A stretch of 64,000 bases of DNA from positions 992,001-1,056,000 of the forward strand of contig CP136572.1 in the NCBI GenBank assembly GCA_035193785.1, read 5' to 3'. The DNA is from Planktothrix sp. GU0601_MAG3 (GTDB lineage: Bacteria; Cyanobacteriota; Cyanobacteriia; Cyanobacteriales; Microcoleaceae). Shown here one piece after another: positions 56,293-64,000 of the stretch. The notes under the pieces are model-generated. The model did no database searches. It had not been told where the DNA came from and worked only from the letters and a program-made list of their open reading frames with translations. Position 1 is the stretch's first letter. Every line of letters begins with the position of its first letter. A program made the translations under genes and the position numbers.

Positions 56293-57414
56293 TCAGTTTA
56301 ACTTTCCCCGTCTAATTTTTTCCCATAACTGTTGATACTGTTTCACAGAATTGGGCGAAAGGGGTTCGAGAAAATCACTTTTTTTTAAAATAGCTTGATC
56401 GGGAAATAATAGAGGATTTTCCCTTAAAGATTGGGGTAACTCCTGTGGATTCATTCCCAAAATAATTGGGGATGTTGTCCCGGTTAATAATGAAAGTTGA
56501 GTCGCAACTTGAGGCGACCAACAAAAATCGATCCAATTATCTGCTAAAGTGGCGGTAGGAGAAGATTTAACCCCCGCAGGTTTTACCCATAAATCCGACC
56601 ATAAAGCCGTCCCCGATTGAGGAACAACGGCGGCTAAACCATTCTGATATTGAACTTCTGGCGAAATATCCGTAGACCAACCCACCGCCAACCAAGTATC
56701 CCCTAAAATCAAAGGTTTCAGATAACTATTAGAATCATAAAGTTTAATATTTTGATGGAGTTTCAGCAGTTCAGATTCTAGGTTTTTGACTTTACTTAAA
56801 TCGGGAGTATTATAGGAATGACCTAATTTTTTTAAAGTTAAACCAATAACTTCCCGCGCTTGATTCGGTAAAGAAATACGGTGACGTAATTCTGGACGCC
56901 ATAAATCACTCCAATCTTTAGGTGTCCATCCTAACCCCTGAAACTTATCAACCTGATAAATAATTACTGTACTACCCGAACGATAGGGGGCGGCCCAAAT
57001 TTGACCCTTGGGATCAACTTTACCCTGAGCATTGCGCCGGACAATATTTTGCCAACGGGGGGGAAGTTGATCCCAACCGGGCCATAATTTCGGATCAAGG
57101 GGTTGAATCAGCTTTTGTTGAATAGCTGAATGTAACCAAAAATCCCCAATCATCACCAAATCAGCTTGAGACGACGGCTGATTTTGTGGTTGGGCTTGCC
57201 CTTTTTCCAAGCCTTCAAATAAATCCTTGAGTTGGGCTTGGGGAACAAAATTCACCGCCCCTCGGTCGAATTGTTGTCGAAACTTGTTCGCCATTTGCAC
57301 GGGAACAGAACCTTTGAGAACTTCCACCGTCAGGGCCGCAGCTTGTTTACATCCAGCTACGACCTGACTTAAAGTTAAAGCACCGATTCCCTGTAGAAAA
57401 AACCTTCGCTTCAC
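56293..57414 (-). CDS. PotD-like ABC substrate-binding (lipo)protein
   Basis: RRFFL Tat-like signal and lipobox; DWSDLW and SGTALWSDLWV.P. Confidence 0.82.
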   Translation of the reverse strand: MKRRFFLQGIGALTLSQVVAGCKQAAALTVEVLKGSVPVQMANKFRQQFDRGAVNFVPQAQLKDLFEGLEKGQAQPQNQPSSQADLVMIGDFWLHSAIQQKLIQPLDPKLWPGWDQLPPRWQNIVRRNAQGKVDPKGQIWAAPYRSGSTVIIYQVDKFQGLGWTPKDWSDLWRPELRHRISLPNQAREVIGLTLKKLGHSYNTPDLSKVKNLESELLKLHQNIKLYDSNSYLKPLILGDTWLAVGWSTDISPEVQYQNGLAAVVPQSGTALWSDLWVKPAGVKSSPTATLADNWIDFCWSPQVATQLSLLTGTTSPIILGMNPQELPQSLRENPLLFPDQAILKKSDFLEPLSPNSVKQYQQLWEKIRRGKLN

Positions 57415-57419
57415 TATCG

Positions 57420-57960
57420 CTACTCAATCCGTTTTTCTAAATACTGACCGATCATGGTTTGTTCTCCAGCGCGTGAAATAATCGTTTGTCGGGTGCGGTA
57501 TCGTTGACCCACCAATTTAATTTCTTCCTCAAACACAGAACCATTGTACTCGCTTCTGAGGCATAAAGTATTGGCATCGAGTAGATAATATTTGGCAATA
57601 ACGGGTTTAGGAGTCATAAATCCCCGATCTCGATAGAGTAAGTCGTCACAGACCCCAAACCGAGTTGATCCGGTGGACATTTTTTTACCGGAGACGGAAT
57701 TGCAGCTTTTCCAAGTAACTTTCGACCCACAACTGAGGATCATCGGGTCATCTAATTGGTGTAATTGAGCAATATCAAACAGATCGGGACAACCAGGTGC
57801 TAAAAACTCCACGGTTATCTCGCTGGTGATTTCTTGGGTGTCTCCTTCTGGAAGTGTGTAGTAGCGCCGTTTCTGAGTACCAATTTCCCACACTGCGGTA
57901 GAAATAGTCCGCTACTGGGGAGGCAATCTCACGGGGGTTTTGCTGGATCAGGGATTTCAT
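57420..57960 (-). CDS. CpcS/CpeS-family phycobiliprotein lyase (CpcV-like; one frameshift)
   Basis: F..SVGNWYS(E)RRYYTL, LYRDRGF, FEEEI and RTRQT...GQYLEKR. Confidence 0.82.
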
Positions 57961-58480
57961 TGGTGGCTGCTCCTAAACACGATATGAACGGGTGGAATCG
58001 CTTCACAAAAGAGGTAAAAGTAAAACTTTTGTTACAATTCTTAATCTAATCATAACAGACTCAAACTGGCAATCGTTTTCCGACGGTCGGTAGGAAAGTC
58101 TAATTGAGACCGTTAGCAATAGCCACCAGACGGTAGAGTTAGGCTATAAGTACAGTAATTGTTTCAATTTTTCAAGATCTCTATGGGCAAAAATCTGAAT
58201 TTCATGACAAAACCTGGAAATTGAGTGATTTTTCTTACTTTAGTAAATAAGGAAAACTTAACTATAGGAATCCTAAATAGGTTGTCACATTTCAATACTG
58301 ATATTAAACAGTTATAAGTATTACTCCTGTTCCCTATTCCCTGTTCCCTATTCCCTATTCCCTATTCTTTGCCATAAAACTTCAGCAAAAGGTTAAATAA
58401 TTTAGTAAATAATTGAGTCTTTGACCCTGTGCTGTCTAGGATAAGATTAGGAAATTTTTTACTTAAACAGGAGTATTTCT

Positions 58481-58864
58481 ATGGATGGACTAACCCGAAA
58501 AGTGGTTACTTTGACCGATAAAGTAGATGCCTTATACGAGATCATCACACAGCTTAAGAATCAAGTCTCTGATCATTTGTCCTCAAAAGAAACCACGAAC
58601 TCATCCGATAAAACGACAAATTTTGCCGAATACGCTTTTCCCGCCTCCCTCCCCGATGTTCCACAAGCCCGCAAAGGTCTATCCCAACAGGAGCACAAAG
58701 ATATCTTGATTGATGATGAATATATAGAAACCAGTTACTACAGTCAAGAACCCTCTCTAACCGCCGACATTCAAATTCAGCGACTAACAGCCCAACTAAC
58801 TGCCGCCTATAACCGTATTGCGGCTTTAGAAGAACAGTTATTGTCACAAAGAATACATTTTTAA
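58481..58864 (+). CDS. Conserved coiled-coil hypothetical protein
   Basis: HKDILID...QIQRLTAQLTAAYNRIAALEEQLL; AGGAG RBS. Confidence 0.75.
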   Translation: MDGLTRKVVTLTDKVDALYEIITQLKNQVSDHLSSKETTNSSDKTTNFAEYAFPASLPDVPQARKGLSQQEHKDILIDDEYIETSYYSQEPSLTADIQIQRLTAQLTAAYNRIAALEEQLLSQRIHF

Positions 58865-58987
58865 GAATACATTTTTTAAAAGATTTGCCGGAAATGGTTA
58901 ACAGTGATCATCCTGAATTACTGTTTCCGGTATATCAATTTATAAGTCATGGAATGGGAATTATCAACCTAACCCTTTAATTTGGGT

Positions 58988-59364
58988 TATAGCAGTCGCG
59001 GGTATTAAGGTCAGGACTTACGCAGTTACGCTATATATAGCGTACTAATGAGTTATCGCTCGCGCTCGTAACTCAAACGAGATTGCTTTAACAGAAACAA
59101 CCTCTTAAAGTCCCCCAATTTTGGGGGATTTAGGGGGCAAATATTGCTGCTTGAGAAATCTGTCTAAACACTATACATTTCAAGCCATCTAGCCCCCTAG
59201 CCCCCAACATTGGGGGGAAAATAAATAATTAGGACTTTTTAGGGCGATTGCTATTATCATTGGTATGCGATCGCCTACTTTTGACACGCTATATATAGCC
59301 TGCTTGCGTAAGTCCTGAAGGTATTTGACAAATATTGTCCAGAAAACCCGTGTCGCCCGCTATA
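58988..59364. mobile_element. Nested MITE cluster
   Basis: Outer TATAGC...GCTATA element; CAGGACTTACGCA MITE at 59012-59317 with AAGGT TSD; inner TATAGCGT...ACGCTATA at 59036-59293; inner CCCCCAA..TTGGGGG hairpins. Confidence 0.75.
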
Positions 59365-59378
59365 ATAGTGAATAATCC

Positions 59379-61455
59379 CTACTTAGGTACAGACCAAGAA
59401 CGAACTTGTCCCAATGTAACTGGAATCATATAACTAACATCAATAGTAAAAAGATAAACCTTTTTGGCTCTTAAACCCCGTTCAGGATCGAAAAACTTTA
59501 ATTTCACGTCCCAACAATCGCTATTAATCCGACAGAAAGGACTTTTTTCAATTTCAATAGTATCTAATTCCATCCCGGTAGAAACAGCTTGGGCGAAACT
59601 AGAAGCTGCTTGAAAAGCGTTAGTTGCTGCAAAATTTAACGCCCTATCTTTAGAAGTTTTTCCTAAGTTTTGCAAATCAAAATAAACTCGTTTCAAGAAA
59701 CTACTCAGAGATCTTCGCATTTGGATCTCGTTGACATCAACCAGTTCATCAGAAAGAGTTTGTAAAACTGCATCAACTAAACCGTTGACTTTCCAACCGT
59801 ACATTCCCCTGATATTATTAATAGTAATAACAGGGACTTCTTGACCAGAAAATAGAGTAATTGTTTGATCAGTAATTTGTCCTGGAATACTCACCCTTTC
59901 AATATAATCATCGCTACTTTCTGGTTCAATTTGTCCAGCTAACATTAGGTTTAACATTTCATAAACATCAGCCGCAAATCCGCCTTTAACTTCCAGGGCA
60001 TAAACGGGGTTAAATTCTTGGTTAATTGTCCAAATTAAGGATTTACTTTCCGAGGCATTTTCTGCTAAATAATTGACGATTTGAGACGCATCGTAGGGAT
60101 TAGCCGGAATCGTTGTACCATCAATTTCTACGGCGGGCATTAATTGTTTAAAACTGTCCCGTCGGGCTTCACTCCCGAAGTCATAACCAATGGTTCCTAA
60201 AACATAAACCAGTTTGGATGCAGCACTAGCAGTAATACCGTTAGTCGGTTGACTAGGGGTAATATTAGCCACCGCTACGGCTGAAGAACCGCTAGGAGTA
60301 ACGACATTACCTACAGCTAATAATGGGCTGTTAATTGTGTTTTCTATTCTCTTAATAGGAGCAACGGTATTAACCGGAATAGTAATTTCTGATTGTCTAA
60401 TTTCAGAAGTTTCAACGGTGGTTAATAGTTCTCCTGTTAATAAGTTGTAAGCCCCAGGAATATTTAGTTTTCCTAATAAACAGCGTTCGGGTTCTTCTAC
60501 TTCTTTGGGGTCGCAGGGAATAGCACTTTTTAAAATAGCTTGACGGACGGTTTCAGCATTGGGTTTTTCCCCTCTTTGCAGTTGCATACTCATTAATAAA
60601 GCCGAAATTCCAGTAACAATAGGAGCGGCACAACTTGTCCCTTGTTGTTTGATCGGAATATCGGTTCCAGGTTTCAGCCCCTAAGATATTTTCACCGTTA
60701 GCCATTACCCCTTTATCTTGATAGTCACCCCCATAATTACTAAACTTAAAAGGTTGTCCATCATCACGCATAGCACCCACTGTTAAAACATCGGGCAAAA
60801 TTGAAGGAATACACCAACATTCGCCTTTATCATTACCACCCGGAGCCACAATTAAAATATTACTATCTTGACATTGTTTAACCGCCCGGGCAAAGATTTC
60901 TTGAGCCATTCCTGACTGAGTGGGATGACAAGCCGCAATATGAATAATATTAACTTCGGCTTTTAAGGCTTCGTTAATCGCATGGGTAAGATTAACAAAG
61001 GAAATAAAATCATCTCCCGCGAAGGAAATAGGAATATTAATCGCCGTACAATTAGGCGCGATACCAGCAACCGGAGAGCCATGTTGTCCTAAAATGGTAC
61101 TAGCAATATGAGTCGCATGACTAGATAATTCAATCCGCATTTGAATGGCTTTAGGAAAATCTTTAAAAAAGGCTTCGCGTTCTTTTTTCGCTTCTTCTTT
61201 ATCGTGGTCGGGGTCTTCTTTTTTCGCCTTTTGTTGTTGATTAAATTCTGTAGCTAATTTCTGGTAATGATAATACTCATCATTGAGTTCAATATCTTCT
61301 GCCCAATAGGGTTTAAATTGAGTAATATTTGCACCTTTAAAACAAGCCCGTTCTAAATCTGCCGCACCGTCAAGAATAGCAATTTTAATCCGAGAATCGC
61401 CTTTTGTTCTTGTCCAAAGTTCAGGTATTCCAGGAATAGTAATTAAATCAGGCAT
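59379..61455 (-). CDS. pagG: Cyanobactin macrocyclase, PatG/PagG type with no oxidase domain (one frameshift)
   Basis: Subtilisin triad ILDG / SSHATH / GTSCA (in the corrected frame); long helical insertion between Asp and His typical of G-type macrocyclases; C-terminal PatG DUF (YVLGTIGYDFG...DCWDVKLKFFDPE). Confidence 0.88.
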
Positions 61456-61643
61456 GGTTATAGTTATCGAGCAAATAATTTTAGTTTACATTAGAAGCGA
61501 TCGCCAGCAGTATCTTACAGGGAAACCTTATCTATTTGCTCACAATCATTGTTAATAATCATTACAAAAACTCAACCACCAGCATAGCCTCAGATTATCA
61601 TCCAGTCAGTCAAACTTCAACTAATCTGGAGACACAAACAACT

Positions 61644-61799
61644 ATGACTAAGAAAAACCTCAAACCCCAACAAGCCGCACCCGTGCAACGTCAAGTGATC
61701 ACAACTTCTTGTCAAGGAGAAAAAGCCTTATTTGCTAGTACAGAGTGTGATATTTTCACCAGACAATGTACTCCTTTTGCGGGCGACGACGCGGAGTAA
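61644..61799 (+). CDS. pagE: Cyanobactin precursor peptide (anacyclamide/piricyclamide/prenylagaramide family)
   Basis: MTKKNLKPQQAAPVQR leader, ALFAS (GLEAS-like) site, core ending in Pro, FAGDDAE follower. Confidence 0.93.
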   Translation: MTKKNLKPQQAAPVQRQVITTSCQGEKALFASTECDIFTRQCTPFAGDDAE

Positions 61800-61832
61800 T
61801 CCCCTTGATTATAACACTCACCTCAAAAAGTG

Positions 61833-62193
61833 TCAAAAGTCTTTTTCTGCCTCCCTTGGCGCACGGTTTGCCTCTATGAATTGACGCACAATCCTTGTTA
61901 ATTCGGGGCTTTCGGATACCTGGCACGGGGTTTGAACAAGACGAGACTTAGATTTTTTTGGGTGAGTGGTTTGACCCTGTTTCGGGTTGTGCAGGTTCGA
62001 TCAGATAATGAACATGATTGGACATAATACACAAAGCATAAAGCTTAAACTTGTATTTGTTCAAAGCCTTCTTGATCGCATAAAGAAACACTTCCCGACA
62101 CTCACGCTTTTGCAGTTTAAACTCACGGTTATTGCAACGGATGGTGATATGGTAAGAATATCCAGACTGTAAATTCCGAGGTTTTCTAGGCAT
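61833..62193 (-). pseudogene. Internally deleted HUH/Y1 (RAYT-like) transposase
   Basis: MPRKPR...YHITIRCNNREF...CIMSNHVHYLIEP, then a jump to a short C-terminal-like frame (...SPELTRIVRQFIEANR...KDF*); the catalytic Tyr region is absent. Confidence 0.8.
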
Positions 62194-62223
62194 ACCTTTT
62201 AACAAGATAAAAACTAGCCATTT

Positions 62224-63118
62224 ATGATAGTTGATGTAATCCAAAAAGACAGAATCAAAGAACAAAAACTACAGTTTATTCGCAATCATCAACAAGCCTT
62301 TGATGTTGAGCCAATTTATCCGCTCCCCTTGTTTGAAGACTTTGTGATGAGTGTGGAAGGTGACTGTAGTATTGAAGCTTCTTGTAAGATAGAATTAGAT
62401 AAATTAATTGCCTCAAGATTTTTGCTTTTTTTTAAAGATAAGGCGCAACAATGGCAAAAATATCTTTATCAATCCTTAGCATTTTTTAGTCAAGTAGAAA
62501 ACCGTGTTGGTGTGCAAATTGACTACTCTTTATTACATCAATTTTTAGGATATAACTTTGATTTCAGTAAAGTTACCGTCCTTTCTGCGGGTATTGACTT
62601 AAGAAATAATCTTGCTGAATCTAGCTTAAAAATGCACATTAGAATAGAAGATTATCCCGAAAAATTAGAGACAGCCTTCTCTTTAAGTGATGGTGCGACG
62701 GATGGTAATTACCTGAAAAATTTTGTCAACTTGATTGGTTTTGATTTTTATTTTAATGGTAAAAGTGAAATAGAAATTTATGCCGAAGTATCAGAAGCAG
62801 ACTTTTTTAAACCTAAAATCCAAAATTCAGTCTGGCGACATTTTCCCCCATCGGTATTAATTCCCCTACAAGCATCAAGTTTATTCTACGTTGGTTTATC
62901 TAAAGCAAATAACAATCCAGTTTCTCTATTATCACCTTAAAAATAGACAAGATTTAGCCAATTATTTTAAACTCAACGACACCGCCCAAAGAGTTCACAG
63001 CTTTTATCAGCATCAAGATATATTACCTAATATGTGGGTAGGTACTGCTCAAAAAGAATTAGAAAAAACTAGAATAGAAAATGTTAGACTTTATTATTAC
63101 AAATCCTTTATAAACTAA
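62224..63118 (+). CDS. pagF: LynF/TruF/PagF-family cyanobactin prenyltransferase (one frameshift near 62925)
   Basis: HQQAFDVEPIYPL, EASCKIE, GIDLR..LAESSLKMHIRI, GFDFYFNGKSEIEIY and RLYY. Confidence 0.92.
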
Positions 63119-63190
63119 CTATCACTTTTCGTTATTAATGACTAAGGAAAACATCAACATGGATAAAATGACTAACGTTACCATCTGTTT

Positions 63191-63824
63191 CTACCCCCCT
63201 AACCCCCCTTACTAAGGGGGGAATAAGAGGAAGCACCTTTAGCTACTTCTTACTAAACGGGGGAATAAGAGAAAGCACCTTTAGCCACTCTTGCTAAGGG
63301 GGGAATAAGAGGAAGCACCTCTAGCTACTTCTTACTAAACGGGGGAATTAAAAGCCTTTAGCCACTCTTGCTAAACGGGGGAATAAGAGGAAACACCTTT
63401 AGCTACTTCTTACTAAGGGGGGAATAAGAGGAAGCACCTCTAGCTACTTCTTACTAAGGGGGGAATAAGAGGAAGCACCTCTAGCTACTTCTTACTAAGG
63501 GGGGAATAAGAGGAAGCACCTCTAGCTACTTCTTACTAAACGGGGGAATAAGAGGAAGCACCTCTAGCTACTCTTACTAAGGGAGGAATTAAAAGCCTTT
63601 AGCCACTCTTACTAAAGGCGCGAATCAGAGAAAGCACCTTTAGCCACTCTTGCTAAGGGGGGAATAAGAGGAAGCACCTCTAGCTACTCTTACTAAGGGA
63701 GGAATTAAAAGCCTTTAGCCACTCTTACTAAAGGCGCGAATCAGAGAAAGCACCTTTAGCCACTCTTGCTAAGGGAGGAATTAAAAGCCTTTAGCCCCCC
63801 TTGCTAAGGGGGGTTGGGGGGTAG
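63191..63824. repeat. Array of about 16 units of 35-42 bp bounded by about 31-bp terminal inverted repeats
   Basis: CTACCCCCCTAACCCCCCTTACTAAGGGGGG ... CCCCCCTTGCTAAGGGGGGTTGGGGGGTAG; internal unit CTT(A/G)CTAAGGGGGGAATAAGAGGAAGCACCT(C/T)TAGCTACTT. Confidence 0.92.
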
Positions 63825-63889
63825 CCACCGGGGAATAACAGGAAGTAGGTATTAAAGGACAAAATTATGATTAAATATGACTAAACTAT

Positions 63890-64000
63890 ATGACTGAACT
63901 TTATAACAGAAATTCCGAAAAAGAGAAACGACAATTTTTACGCAATAACATGACTGCTGCTGAACAAAAATTGTGGTTACAACTTAAAGGAAAACAACTA
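63890..64000 (+). CDS. DUF559 (Vsr-like) endonuclease, partial
   Basis: MTELYNRNSEKEKRQFLRNNMTAAEQKLWLQLKGKQL matches the R..LR.NMT.AE..LW..L DUF559 start; runs off the window end. Confidence 0.8.
   Translation, partial: MTELYNRNSEKEKRQFLRNNMTAAEQKLWLQLKGKQL

Noticed and set aside
59379..61455. PatA-type N-terminal protease
   Set aside because: The long helical insertion between the catalytic Asp and His and the overall sequence match G-type macrocyclases.
63138..63215. Second cyanobactin precursor (MTKENINMDK...)
   Set aside because: Only the first few codons resemble pagE; there is no PQQAAPV leader or FAGDDAE follower. At most a remnant.
63191..63824. CRISPR array
   Set aside because: Inter-repeat segments are copies of two or three variants, not unique spacers, and no cas genes are in the window.

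Overview
AT-rich chromosomal segment of a filamentous cyanobacterium, probably Planktothrix or a close relative. This rests on frequent HIP1 GCGATCGC sites, short tandem repeat (STRR) arrays, pipX/pipY/sepF/nblB and a pag-like cyanobactin locus. About 20 genes, including der, hemE and sepF, are split by single-base frameshifts, mostly in homopolymers. These are most likely assembly errors, so the ORF pieces are merged here. Housekeeping content: cphA paralog, czcBA-type efflux, clpS, alr, nblB, der-ecfT-pipX-pipY-sepF-proC, nupC, hemE and thrS. Accessory content: two IS200/IS605 tnpB elements (one sits about 10 bp upstream of pipX), a tandem AAA_35 / AAA_35-WD40 NLR-like module with near-identical, site-variable 123-bp repeats, a four-helix-bundle gene bracketed by inverted STRR arrays, a RelE/ParE toxin-antitoxin pair, and many nested MITE/REP-like repeats. 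The right end holds part of a cyanobactin cluster: a PatG-type macrocyclase, a precursor with predicted core TECDIFTRQCTP (two Cys), a deleted HUH transposase, a PagF-type prenyltransferase, a palindrome-bounded repeat array and a DUF559 gene. No rRNA, tRNA or CRISPR array was found. All family assignments are by eye from motifs; no database searches were run.
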